A DNA stretch of 64,000 nt from Eledone cirrhosa (taxonomy: Eukaryota), in NCBI GenBank assembly GCA_964016885.1, contig OZ024747.1, forward strand, positions 18,290,001-18,354,000, read 5' to 3'. The notes beneath the pieces are model-generated. The model worked only from the letters and a program-made list of their open reading frames with translations. It was not told the origin of the DNA and searched no databases. Each line of letters opens with the position of its first letter. The stretch's first letter is position 1. Positions 13,601-27,700 of this stretch are shown piece by piece. Both the position numbers and the translations under genes were made by a program.

Positions 13601-16600
13601 GGAGGAGTGGGGGGGTTGGTTGTGGTGGTGGTGGTGGTGGTGGTGGTGATGATGATTGGAGGTTGGTTGTGGTGGTGAGGATGGTGTTTGTGTTGGTAAT
13701 GATGGTTGTGAGTGGTGTGATGAAGATAGTTGTGTTGATTGTGGTGCTGGTTGTAGTGATGGTGGTGGTGGTGATAGTGGAGGTGGTGGTGGTGGTGGTA
13801 GTGGGGGTGGCAGCAGTGGCGATAGTGGAGGTGATGGTGGTAGTAGTAGTGGTAGTGGTGGTGGCAATACTGGAGGTGATGGTGGGGGTGATGGTGGTAG
13901 TAGTAGTGGTAGTGGAGGTGATGATGGTGGTAGTGGGGGTGGCAGCAGTGGCGATAGTGGAGGTGATGGTGGTAGTAGTAGTGGTAGTGGGGGTGGCAAT
14001 AGTGGAGGTGATGATGGTGGTAGTAGTAGTGGTAGTGGAGGTGATGGTGGTGGTAGTGGGGGGTGATGGTGGTAGTGGTAGTCGGGGTGATAGTAGAGGT
14101 GACAGTGATGGTGGTGGGGGTGGCGATAGTGGAGATGGTGGTGGTAGCGGAGGTGGCGATAGTGGAGGTGATGGTGGTGGTAGTGGTAATGGGGGTGGCG
14201 ATAGTGGAGGTGATGGTGGTAGTAGTAGTTGTAGTGGGGGTGGCAATAGTGGAAGTGATGGTGGTGGTGGTAGTAGTAGTGGTAGTGAGGGGAGGGGTTG
14301 TCGTGATAGTGGAGGTGGTGGTGGTGGTGGTGGTAGTAGTAGTGGCAGTGAGGATGGTGGTGGTGGTAGTAGTAGTGGCAGTGGTGGTGATAGTGGAGGT
14401 GGTGGTGGTGATGGTGGTGGTTGTTATGATAGTGGCAGTGGGAGTGATGGTGGTCATCGTGATAGTGGCAGCAGTGGCGATAGTGGAGGTGGTGGTAGTA
14501 GTAGTGGCAGTGATAGTGGTGGTGGTAGTAGTAGTGGCAGCAGTGGCGATAGTGGAGGTGGTGGTGGTGGCAAAGATATTGTAATCTGAATTGTTTTCAT
14601 ATAGAACGAGTTATTGATTTGACATGCTATTTATGTTTGGATTCCTACCGACATGTAGAGTACATTGCAGCACCATTGAGACAATGAGTAAAAGAATGAA
14701 TGAAATAAAATTAATTAATAGAATAAATTAATAAAAACATTGGGAAATGGCCTTGCTCAGTATGTAAGAAAGTTGTAGGTAGGAACTCCATCCTCTGCCC
14801 CAAATGCAAACAATGGGTACACAAGAGATGTAGTGGGATCTCAGGAAGCTTAACTAAGAATGTAGGCTTCACATGTAGCAGCTGTGCTGGGACAGCAAGC
14901 AGCAAACGGCCACAGGAAACAAGCACCACCAAACTCTGGGAGGGCTTTGTAGAAACAGTAGACAGCTTCTGCTATCTAGGTGACCGAATTAGCAGCGGAG
15001 GTGGGTCTTCGGAAAGTACAATAACTAGGGTAAGAACAGGATGGAAGAAGTTCAGGGAGCTACTGCCACTGCTAGCTGCAAAAGGCTTTTCCCTCAAAAT
15101 GAAAGGCAGACTGTATGATGCGTGTATATGAACAGTAATCTTACATGGTAGTGAGACCTGGGCGCTGTCTGTAGAAGACTTGCATAGATTAGAAAGAAAC
15201 GAAGCTTGCATGCTCCGATGGATGTGTAATAGTAATATATGGGAACGGCAAAGCATAAACGAATTGAGAGAGAGAATGAGCATAAGAGAAATCAAATGCT
15301 GTGAGCAGGAGAGGACGTTGCGTTGGTATGGACATGTGATGCATATGAAGGATGACAGCTGCATAAAAAGGTGCAGAGCACTAGAAGTCGATGAAAGCCG
15401 CGGAGTGGGGAGACCCAAGCAGACTTGGGATGAGGTGATAAAAGCCGACCTTACCCAATTGCACCTCTCAAAGGCGATCACACGCGACCGTGACCTCTGG
15501 CGTCACACAGTAATACAGAAGACCCGACTTCCCACGGGTACAAGCTGAAGCATATAGACAATATGCCCCCATCCCCTCCCACTGCAAACTGGTCGTGGAA
15601 GTGCAACGGCAAAAAAAGCACCCAGCCCACACTGTAAAGTGGACGTGTAGGAGCCAGAGAAAAAAAGCACCCAGCACTCACTGTAAATGAGGTTGGTGTT
15701 AGGAAGGGCATCCAGCTGTAGAAATCAAGCCAGAATCAGTTCTCGTATGAGCAAGACAAGGTCAGCCGACCGGACACTGCCCAGAACAGGACAACCCGTC
15801 TAACCCATGCTAGCGTGGAAGAACGGACGTAAACGGTGATGATGATGATTGCTACTACAATTTGTACTTTTGTTAATATAACTAGATTTGTGTGTCTTAC
15901 TATAATAGATGAAATATTTTTACATGTGATCATTATCATCATCATCATCATTGTGAATTGGCAGTATCGGTAGAGGGTTGGACGCCATGCTTTCTAGCAT
16001 AGTTACGTCCCTTTACAATCTGAGTTCAAATCCCGCCGAGGTTAACTTTGCCTTTCATCCTTACGGGGTTGATAAAATAAAGTACCAGTAATGTACTGGG
16101 TAATTGCTGGCCTTGTGCCTAAAGTAGAAACAATTATTTAATGTGTATCTTCCACACCAGCATGGGTTAGACTGGATTGTCCCATTTGAGCAAGTTTGGT
16201 CAGGTGACCATGTCTCACTCACATAGGACTGTTTCTGGTTGGTTTTCTACAGCTAGATGCCCTTCCTAATGTGATATGGATCAGTTCCGCTAGGCAACTC
16301 TGTTTGAGGAGTTCAAAGCATGAGCTATAGCAGAATGAGTTGAATATCAAGAAGCAACTTGTTGATCTTGTTTCTATAATATATGTGATGCTTCAGCTTG
16401 TTCTGGTTCTGGTGTGGTTCTTATCTGTGACTATACTAAACCTTTCAGTAAGCAGTGATTAATTGTGAGAGAGTGTAATGGGGAATGGAGGGTGTGTTGT
16501 ATATAGAGGTGAGAGAATGTTCATTGTGAAAATCAAGGTATGTTTTGTGGTGTGTATAGTGTGAAAGAGAAGGCTTGTAATGTGGAAGTGAAAGTATGTT

Positions 16601-19600
16601 GTGTGGTGTGTTTAGTGTGGAAGTGAAGGCATGGTGTGTGTTGTGTGGAAATAAAGGCATGTTGTGTGGTGTGTGTAGTGTGGAAGTAAAGGTATGTTGT
16701 GTAGTGTGGAAGTAAAGGCATGTTGTGTGGTGCGGTGTGTGTAGTGTGGAAGTAAAGTCATGTTGTGTAGTGTGGAAGTAAAGGCATGTTGTGTGGTGTG
16801 TGTGTGGTGTGGAAGTGAAGGCATGTTGTGTGTAGTGTGGAAGTGAAGGCATGTTGTGTGTAGTGTGGAAGTGAAGGGATGTTGTGTAGTGTGGAAGTGA
16901 AGGCATATTGTGTGGTGTGTGTAGTGTGGAAGTGAAGGGTTGTTGTGTGGTGTGTGTAGTGTGGAAGTGAAGGGATGTAGTGTGGAAGTGAAGGCATGTT
17001 GTGTGATGTGTGTAGTGTGGAAGTGAAGTCATGTTGTGTGTATAGTGTGGAAGTGAAGTCATGTTGTGTGATGTGTGTAGTGTGGAAGTGAAGGGTTGTT
17101 GTGTGATGTGTGTAGTGTGGAAGTAAATTCATGTTGTGTGATGTGTGTAAGTGTGGAAATGAAAATATATTAGTAAATGATTAATTTTATTTTGAGTGCC
17201 TTGAAGTAATAAGCTGCAGCCCTTCGTGTTCTGAATTTCATGAGGTATATTTATTATCTTTCATTCTATTGTAGACATGCGGACATCGTTGGAAGTCAAG
17301 AAATGTTGATGACAATTATGTTAAAAATGTCTACATGAACGGGATATGTGTCGTCAATGATTTACCTCCCAAAAGCAGATCAATTGGCAGACATATTTTA
17401 TTGTCATGGCACAATATTACAGGCCTTGGAACCTCAGTGAAATATTCCAAGGTAAGTACAACTATTCAAAGGAAACATTAAATTGCATCATAGTTGCCGG
17501 AATAGCTTTTTAGTTAAGTAGTTTGGGTTCAGTCTTCTACAGTTTGGTAACACCTTAGACAATTGTCAACTACTACAACCATGAGCTTACTCTTGTAAAT
17601 GTATTTGATCGACGAAAACTGTAAAGAAATTTGTCTTTATATATATCATCATCATTTTACGTCCGCTTTTCCCTGCTTGCAAGGGTGGGACATATATATA
17701 TATATATATATATATTTAATATCGATGGCTTCTACAGGACTAGAACTGTTTCATTCAAAATAAATCATCAGGAAAGACAACTGTCATTGTGATATGGTGT
17801 TATTTATACGTATAAATACCACCATATCACAATATATGTATTTGTATATATATATATAGTAATAATAATAAATATGAAGACTAAAATCCAAAGAGGGCTC
17901 GATAAGGATAAATATATATCAAATATATAAGAACCCTATATATATCATCATCATCATCATCATTTTATATCTGCCTTTTCCTGCTTGCAAGGGTGGAACG
18001 AGTCCTATTCAGCACAGCTTCTCTCCACTTGTCACGGTCCTTCGTCATCTCCTCCGTGAGCTTCAGCGATCTGAGGTCTGCTCTCACCACCTCCACCCAT
18101 GTTTTTTGTGGTCTTCCTCTACTGCGTCTTCCTTCAACTGGGATTTCTTGGTACTTCTTTACCCAGCGGTCATCCTCCATGCGCATCACATGTCCATACC
18201 ATCTCAGTCTTCTCTCCCACACACTACAACTTATCCCTCTTATACACAGTTTCTCTCTCAATTCATCTATGCTTGGTTGTTCATGCACATTGACATTGCA
18301 CATCCAACAGAACATGCTTGCTTTATTTCTCTCCAGCCGTCGCATATCCTCTGTAGTTGCTGCCCATGTCTCACTACCATGCAGCATCACGCATCTCACA
18401 CAGGCATCATATAACTGGCTTTTCATACACAGGGAGAAACCCTTCTTTGTCAACAGAGGAAGCAGCTCCTTAAAATAACAGATTAAAGTTTAAGCAAAGA
18501 ATCGCTGCTTTCACCCTTAACGGGATCTTCTGAGTTTCAGAAGATCCTGTTAGTCTTCACATTTATTATTAGTACTATATATATATATATATATATATCA
18601 TCATCATCATTTTACGTCCACTTTTCTCTGCTTACAAGGATGGAACGAGTCCTATTCAGCACAGCTTCTCTCCACTTGTCACGGTCCTTCATCATCACCA
18701 CCGTGAGCTTCAGCGATCTGAGGTCTGCTCTCACCACCTCCGCCCATGTTTTTCATGGTATGCCTCTACTACGTCTTCCTTCAACTGGCATTTCTTGGGT
18801 ACTTCTTTACCCAGCGGTCATCCTCCATGCGCATCACATGTCCATACCATCGCAGTCTCCTCTCCCGCACACTACAATTTATCCCTATCAGACACAGTTT
18901 CTGTCTCAACTCATCAATGCTCGGCCGTTCATGCACATTGACATTGCACATCCAACAGAGCATGCTTGCCTCATTTCTCTCCAGCCATCGCATATCCTCT
19001 GCAGTTGGTGCCCATGTCTCACTACCATGCAGCATCGCGCACCTCACCTTCGTACGCAGGGAGAAATCCTTCTTCGTCAGCAGAGGAAGTAGCTCCCTAA
19101 ACTTCTTCCAACCCATCCTTATTCTAGATACTATGGGCTCAGAACACCGCCCTCTCATGCTAATCTGATCACCTAGGTACCGGAAGCTATCAACCATTTC
19201 TATAGCACCCACCTGCATTTGAAAAATGTGTCTATCAATGCGACTTCTACTGTCAAATTTCCCTGTACATCTACTGCATATGTATTTCTCCCTACCTGTT
19301 AGTTTGCCTGCTATCCCACTACATCTCTTGTGTACCCAAGATCTGCATTGTGTACATTTTATAGAATTTATGCCAGTTCCTTTTCTGCATGTTGAACATA
19401 GCCATTTCCCTGATGGGGTCAGAGTTTTGTCCTCTTTTCTACTCATCAACACTTAGCTAGGTTCACTCTCAGTCCTCTTGATTCCAACTGCTGTTTCCAT
19501 AGCCAGAATTTATTCTCTAGCTCCTCTACTGATTCTGCTATAAGAACCAGATAGTCAGCATAGAGAAGTTCCCATGGACAGCCAGTCTTAAACTCCTCTG

Positions 19601-21659
19601 TTATGGCTTTGAGGACTATAATGAACAAGAGCGGGCTGAGGACCGAACCCTGATGTACTCCCACTTGTGTCTGGAATTCCTCACTAAACTCCATTCCTAC
19701 CCTCACTTTACTGATAGCACCTCTGTACAAAGCTTGCACTGTCCTCACAAGCCATTCCTCAACACCTAGCTTCCTTAGGGACCACCAGATGACAGATCGG
19801 GGTACCCTATCAAAGGCCTTCTATAGGTCAACAAAAGCTAAGTATAGTGGCTTATTCTTCTCTAAGAACCTCTCTTGTAATTGTCTCACTAAGAAGAGGG
19901 CATCCGTTGTACTTTCCCAGGCACAAAACCAAACTGCATCTCATCTAGTTTGACCTTTTCTCTAATTAGTTGCGCTAATATCCTTTCTGCCACTTTCATA
20001 ACCTGATCCATCAGTTTTATGCCCCTATAATTGTTCCTCTCCAAAGCATCCCTTTTACCTTTGTAGCAATTTATGAGAATACTGCTGCACCAGTCTTTGT
20101 GTATGACACCGCCATATATAGCCTGATTGATGATGTGTGCAACCAGTTTAGTGCCTACATCCCCTGATGCCTTCAGCATCTCAGCAACTATGCCCGATGG
20201 TCCAGCGGCCTTACCATTTTTCATTCCTTAATCGCCTCTTGGACTCTATATTCGTCAATCTCAATAGCTGGTCCCTCTGTCGGCTCTACCGGAGGTAATT
20301 TCTCTCTCTCCCATTCGTTCTCCACATTCATCAGTCTCTCATAATGATATTTCCAGGCCTCCTTTTTCTGATCATTCATGACACTAAGTACACCGGCATC
20401 ATTCCGGACACATTTATCTCCAACAACACACTGCCTTGCAATGCAGAACACCGCACGTCTCTAATCTTCCTATCGCAGAACATTGGCAAACCTCCTACTC
20501 TCAGCCTCCCTGCGTGCTAAGTACACCTGACATCTAGCTTCTCTCTTAGCGGCTGTATATCCTTCTCTACTCCCACCATTTTTCTAAGCATTCCATGCTA
20601 GTCTTTGGTCTCTAATGGCCCTATCTACCGTACTGTTCCACCACCAGGTCTGGTTGGAGCTCTGCTCCAGCCACAAGTTTCTTCAGTAGCCTGCAGTAAG
20701 TTGTCACATAAGAAATTCCAGTTATCATCTATGTCATACGACTCTAAATCGTCTTCTTTTTCGTCATACACATCTTGAAGGGCTTTGCTAAATTTGTATT
20801 TTAGTGAAAGGTCTTTTAACTTCCAGACCTTTCTTCTCCACACCTTCCTGTATGTCTCATTCCGTGTCTTGCTTACTGAGATATCACTAACGACTAACCC
20901 ATGCTGTGGGATACATTCTTCCCCAGGGTATGCCTTGGTATTTGACACCTTCTGTCTGTCCCGCTGCCTAACTAGCAAGAAGAAGTCAATCTGGCGTATG
21001 TGCTCGCTTGATTTGTAGGTTATTAGGTGGTTGACAGGTTTCTGGAAGTTAGTGTTGCAAATGGTTAGTGCACTTGCATCACAAAATTCAAGAAGTCTCA
21101 CTCCTTCTTCATTTCTTGAGTCATAACCATGCCCACCATGTACTCCAGTGTAACCATCCTGGAGCTGTCCAACATGACCATTGAAGTCCCCTGCTAGAAT
21201 AATGATGTCTCCGTCCTCTGTCATTGCGGATGTTTGTAAAAGTTGCTCATAAAAGCTGTCTGTCTCTTCTTTACCTAGGCCTGCCTGGGGAGCATAGGCA
21301 GAGATGATTGTCAGTAGTCTCTTGCCTACAACTAATCTAAGCTTAATTATTCTATTACTAACTCGAACTACCTCTGTCTTATTGATCCATCTCGCAGCCA
21401 GGAAAATGCATACTCCCCCTAAACCATCATCATTACCCACCCAGAAAAGCTTATATATATATATGAGTCAAGGATATGAAATGATATTTATTCCTTCATT
21501 TCTACACTTGATAATGTTACATGCATTTGTAGAACAACTAGAAATTATTAGTTAACAATTAACTGCATCATACATGTTACATACAATCTGTATATCCTCT
21601 GCTTAAGTACCAACTCAGACTGTGAAAACCTTTCCAACCCTCGGAGTCATTAAATGATG

Positions 21660-21748
<89 letters not shown>

Positions 21749-21765
21749 GTGTATATATATATATA

Positions 21766-21798
<33 letters not shown>

Positions 21799-24700
21799 GT
21801 GTATATATATATATATACATATATATATATACATATATACATATATTAAAAATTACATTCTGAGTTTAAATCCTGCCGAGGTTGACATTATCTTTTATCC
21901 TTACGGGGTCAATAAAATAAAAGTACCAGTAACGTTCTTGGATTGATTTAATCAACTTTCTCCTCCCCCAAAATCGTTGGCCTTGTGCCTAAACCAGAAA
22001 CCATTATTTATATATCTATTTCTGTTTGCCTACAGGATGGCCAGACTTTAATTGTTGGTGTCCCCGGAAAGGATGAATATCTAAGTAAGAAGTTTTTTTC
22101 TTTCTATAAATAATATAAAACATTTTCAATTTCAGTTTCAATTGAAGGGTTTCTATAGCAGTAAGAATTTTAGTTCATTAAAAAAAATGTAAAAAAAAAA
22201 ATGATATATCTTTCTTTTGTATATTTTCTTGATTTTAAGTTTCTAAGTTTGAAATTTCAAATTGATAAACGAGATATATATTTTTTTCATCTAAATCTAA
22301 GAGAGCATAGAAATATGAATTAAAAATCCAAATTGCCTTCAGCAGTGGTAACATCTCTGCTCTTCCGCATTTTACATATTTTCCAAATTTTAGCATGGTT
22401 TCTATGGCTTGATGCCCTTCCTACTGCCAGCCTATTTACAGAGTGTATTGATGTGTTTTATAATGGCACCAGCATTAGTAACATTAGGGAGGTTGTTAAA
22501 GTCTTCAGTGGGAGTGTATGGCTTAATAAGGAACACTTGGTAAGTTGTGTTTCAGTCAAACCCGAGAATCTGGATTTTATGAGGTTGTTCCACAGGATTG
22601 AGATGATAGGCAATAATGCTGTGTTACAGATGTGTCCAGCATTAACAAAAAGAATGGATAAAAAACTACCATATATACTCATAGATAAATCATTTTTTTT
22701 TTTAAAATAAAATATCAGGCCTCAAAAACCATATGTAACTTATCTGCTGAAACTTGCACTGAACAGCATGGTCATGTCAGTATTCACTGTATATGAATAT
22801 CAGTGTATGAAATAAAATATATGTTAAGGGTGTCTTGTATGAAAAGAAAAAAAAATGGTTTCCATATGTGTGAAAGATTAATGCATATTTCTCTATTGGC
22901 CAGCTGTACTTTTAATACCCATTAGATGCTACAACCAGTCTATTAGGAATAGTGATTTAATACCCCTAGTCAATCTGCTAAATAAAGCTATAACATCTTA
23001 TTGCCATATCTATGGCTCTGGGACTTTGCTAGACTATACTGGCAAGGATTTGGATTATTTTAGCTAAAGCTTTTCTTTTTATTTAACTTTTTAGCATTTA
23101 AACTGGTTGTATCCGGCCAGAATTCTCTCACAGCTTTTTGTTCAAACCGGCCGTAACTGTTTGCTCATACTGATGTTAAGGTATTGTTCTCAAAATAAAT
23201 AATATCAAAATCTCATAGATTCGATATTATGTGGGATAATTATGTGTTTACAGTGAAAATACAATGGTATATTTAGAGTAATGTAAATACTAATGGGTTA
23301 AACACAACAAAGTTGCAGACAATATTTATCAAAAAACAACACATTTGACTTATGTACAGGTGAAAGGTTGAAGCCAAAATATTATAAACAAAGGTGAGGT
23401 TCAGTGTGACTTATCACTGTAACTTATACATGAACATATACAATTAACCTGTTTGATGCTAGGTTCAGAATAAATTGGTAGTTCATATATTTAGAATCAC
23501 CTTTTTCTCAGTCAAGTCTCTGTACTAGATTATGATAAGATATCTCAGTTGGAATTTCCTTCTAATGGCAATTAATTCCAAAAATGGTAGACTTATCTGG
23601 GTCAAAGTCATCATTTCACTCTTAGTAGACGAACTAATATCTTTGATTAATTTGACCTATTTTTAGAATAAATATGTCAAATTTGGTTTAATTATAGAAA
23701 GTGATGAAGTTTGACCTATAAGTATTATATTCTTAACTATAGTGTCTGAGAAAGTAATTTATCCATTCCTGCCTTGGGGAATAAGTTATATGGAAACTAA
23801 TGATGGTGATCAATCAGAAAACATGTTGAAAATTAAACAGATGGTGTAAGGTTGAGAAGACCCTTTAGCTCTAGTGCCATGATAAAATATACCCATGACT
23901 CTGTAAAGTGGCTGGTGTTTTGAAGGGTGTTCAACCAAAGAAACCATACCAAAAATGGAACATACAAGCAAGGCATTACTCTCCAACCTGTCAAGTCTCA
24001 GATCATAACACATTCAACTTGTGCCAGCATGAAAAGCAGACGTAAAATAATAATGATGATGATTTACTTATTAGTTGGTAACCATTGTTGTGTTGTAGTT
24101 AAGCTCCTAATAAACAGAACCTCTGATCCTCAATTCAGTTCTCAGTTGTAGATTTTTTTTTCTACAAGCAAACATATGATCAGGGGTATGCCCACCTTGA
24201 CCATCTGATCTAATTTTCAAGGACTACATAGAAAGTTTTATATAATGTACAGGCAGTGAAGGACATCGGATAAAACTCTGAGTTCAAATCCTGCCTATTG
24301 TCAACTTTGCCTTTCATTCTTTCGAGATCGATAAATAAAGTATCAATTCAATGCTGGGGACAATTCTCTCTCTCTCATCAACTGTGTTCCAGCCTGGAGA
24401 GGAATGAGCTCCAGCAGGTTTAACTGTATCTACGTTCTGGTTTAAAATCCTCTAGAAGTCAAATTTGCCTGTCATCCTTCTGGAATCGATAAAAAGATAA
24501 TATTAGTAAAGTACTGGGGCTCCATCAGAAGTTAAGGGCCCATAACATGGCATATAATGTATCAGGGTGGTGGATTGATAGAGCATCAAACACAATGCTT
24601 TGTCGTATTTTTGTGCATTACTTTACATTCATCATCATCATTATCATCACTGTTTTATGTCCATTCTTCACGCTAGTATGGGTTAGACGGGTTGTTCTGT

Positions 24701-27700
24701 TGTGGGCAGTGCCAGGTCAAGTGACCATATCTTTCTCATACAGAACTGATTTTAGCTTGATTTCTACAGCTGGATGTCCTTCCTAATGCCAACTTCGTTT
24801 ACAGTGAGTACTAGGTGCTTTTTACTGTGGAGCCTACACGACCACTTTACAGTGGGTCTCCCCACCCCAAGGCTTCCATCTACTTTTAGTGCTCTCCACC
24901 TTTTAACATTTTAAGTTCAAATCCTGCCAGAATTGACTTTCCCTTTCACCCTCCTAAGGCCAAACTTATTTGCTTATATCTGTTCTCCAGAGGTTGAAAT
25001 CTTGCGCTTATGTTATGTTCAAAATCATATTCTCCCTATGTTCGCATGATGTTTGGATGTCCCAGATTCAAATCCCAGTCAATGCAATCTGTATTTCCCT
25101 CTAGAATTTCATCACTACTAATATTTTTCCTGCAGTCATTGATTTACAAATGTTTAAGATGAGCATCTAATATTAATCCTACTAGTCACTGAGTGCTTGC
25201 AAAGATCATGAACACACTCCCTTCTTTCAAAATAAACCTTTAAAATACACTGCACAATTCTACATAATAATTAGTAAAAGTGCCCTGTCATGACAAAAAG
25301 CACCCAGTACGCACTGTAAATGTGGTTAGCATTAGGAAAAGCATCCAGCCGTAGAAACCAAACCAAAATCAGTTCTGTGTGAACGAATCACGGTCCCCCG
25401 ACCTGATCTCTCAAAAAGGGACAGCCTGTCCAACCCATGCTAGCATGGAAGATGGATGTTAAATGATGATGACGATGAAAGGCACTCTTGTCTTCGTTTA
25501 TTTTATGTTTATGTTTATTGTTGTTGTTGTTATTCAGCCTGTACTGAAGAGAAGAATATGAATGTATTCCTCTGTCAAGAAAATACTTCCATTGAAGGAA
25601 ATTTAAGAATATTTTAAGTTGCAAAATATCTTCATTTTTCTTTCCTTGACAAAATAGTTTTAACAGTCAGACTTTTGACAAGCTTATATTTTTCACATCT
25701 GTATCATCAGTATCACTACCTTCATCATCATCATCATCATTAACATCATCATCATCATCCTAAATATCATTATCTTCGTCATCATCATCATTATTATCAT
25801 TATTATCATGGTGGATTGGCAGTATCGGTAGAGGGTCGGGCGCCATGCTTTGACGCATAGAGTTACGGTCCTTGCCATTCTGAGTTCAAATCCCGCCGAG
25901 GTTAACTTTGCCTTTCGTCCTTACGGGGTCGATAAAATAAAGTACCAGTAATGCACTGGGTATTTGCTGGCCTTGTGCCAAAAGTAGAAATAATTATTAT
26001 CATTATCATCATTGTCATCATCATCACCACTACCATCATCATCATTATCATCATCACCATCACCACCACTATCATTACCACCACCATCATTTTTATGTTA
26101 CTTTTCCATGCTTGCATGGGCTGGACAAGACTTTAGAGGCATATATTTTCTACAGCTGGAAGCCCTTCCTAGTATCCATTCATATTTGATATATTTGTCA
26201 GCCCGCTAAGCTTTAGAATGTGTTGTTTGCATGGAACATAAAAAGGACATCACCACATTAAATAGTGTTGATATGAAGATACCATGCATAGACACACACA
26301 CACACACATGCACAAACACACACGCACATATATGATCAGCTTTTTTATGGTTTTCTTCCACAAAATTCACTCACAAAGCATTCCTTGGTTGAGGCTAGAG
26401 TAGAGGGCAATTACCCAAAGTACCACACTGGAATGGAACCTGAAAGCATGTAGTTGTGAAGTAAAATTGTTTATCATTCAGTCATACCCAAAACTTATGA
26501 ATGTATTCCTCTATTAAGAATAGACTTTCATTGATGAAATTTAAGAATATTTTAGGTTACAAAATATCTTCACTTTTCTCTTCTTTGACAAATTAGTTTA
26601 ACAGTCAGACCTTTATAAGCTACTTTCTTTAACATGTGTGTATGTGTTTATTTCTATAATCTAATGACTTTAGGGCTACAGGCTTAGCAGTGTGGCTAAC
26701 ATGGTTGTGTGTGACTAAGAAGTTTGCTTCACAATCACAGAGTTTCAGGTTTGATTCAACTACGCAGTATGTTGGGCAAGTGTCTTCCATTATAGTGTTG
26801 GGCTGACCAATGCTTTGTGAGTGAAATTGGTAAACAGTAACTGTAAGAAAGCCCATAGTGTATGTGTGTATTATTGGTGGAGGTCTGTGGTGGAAAACCT
26901 AGCAGACATGGGCCAGGCTGAAGAAAACCTGACCTGCAGCATACAATGTGGCCTGACCTACCTCCATATCCCCTCCCTTCCAATAGCACTCACTAACAGC
27001 TATCCTCAACATCACAATGTCACCTACACCACACACACATTCCTAGCCACTGCCCCCTTATGAAGTGGTTGGTGATGGGAAGGACATTCAGTCATGGAGG
27101 GCTTGCCAAACAAAGAGTTGGGAGGACCCTTCAGTGATGTCAAGGACATGATAGCCTCCCTAGTGTTTGTTGATCTATACAATAAGCACACTCACTACAC
27201 CCTGTAAAGTGGTTGATGATAGGAAGGACATCCACCCATAGAAAGCTTGCCAAACAAAGGGTTGGGAGGACCCTTCAGTGATGTCAAGGACATGATAGCC
27301 TCCCTAGTGTTTGTTGATCTATACAATAAGCACACTCACTACACCCTGTAAAGTGGTTGATGATAGGAAGGACATCCACCCATAGAAAGCTTGCCAAACA
27401 AAGGGTTGGGAGGACCCTTAGTTGTGTCAAAGACGTGACATCTCCAGTGGCGGTGCCATGATAAAATGCATGTATATATAAACGGATCTGTATTTATTGA
27501 AAATGAACTTAGATTTAAAAGCTTCAACTTTTTTCCATGCAAAGGCTTTTATACCCAGTTTATTAGACTATTTTACATAGTAAAAAAAAACATACATGTG
27601 TTGAAACTTCTAACTCTGAGTTAATTTTCAATATATATATATCATCATCATCATCATCGTTTAACGTCCATCTTCCACGCTTGCATGGGTTTGGACGGGA

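Noticed and set aside
13278-14589. Long ORFs (up to 381 aa) of poly-Thr, Pro, Val, Gly or His on both strands
   Set aside because: They come from a trinucleotide low-complexity tract that is stop-free in many frames; intronic, with no splice support.
16445-17132. Repetitive His/Thr-rich ORFs
   Set aside because: Translations of a minisatellite.
21615-21946. YI-repeat ORFs (also 186-485, 1035-1331)
   Set aside because: (TA)n and (CA)n microsatellite translations.
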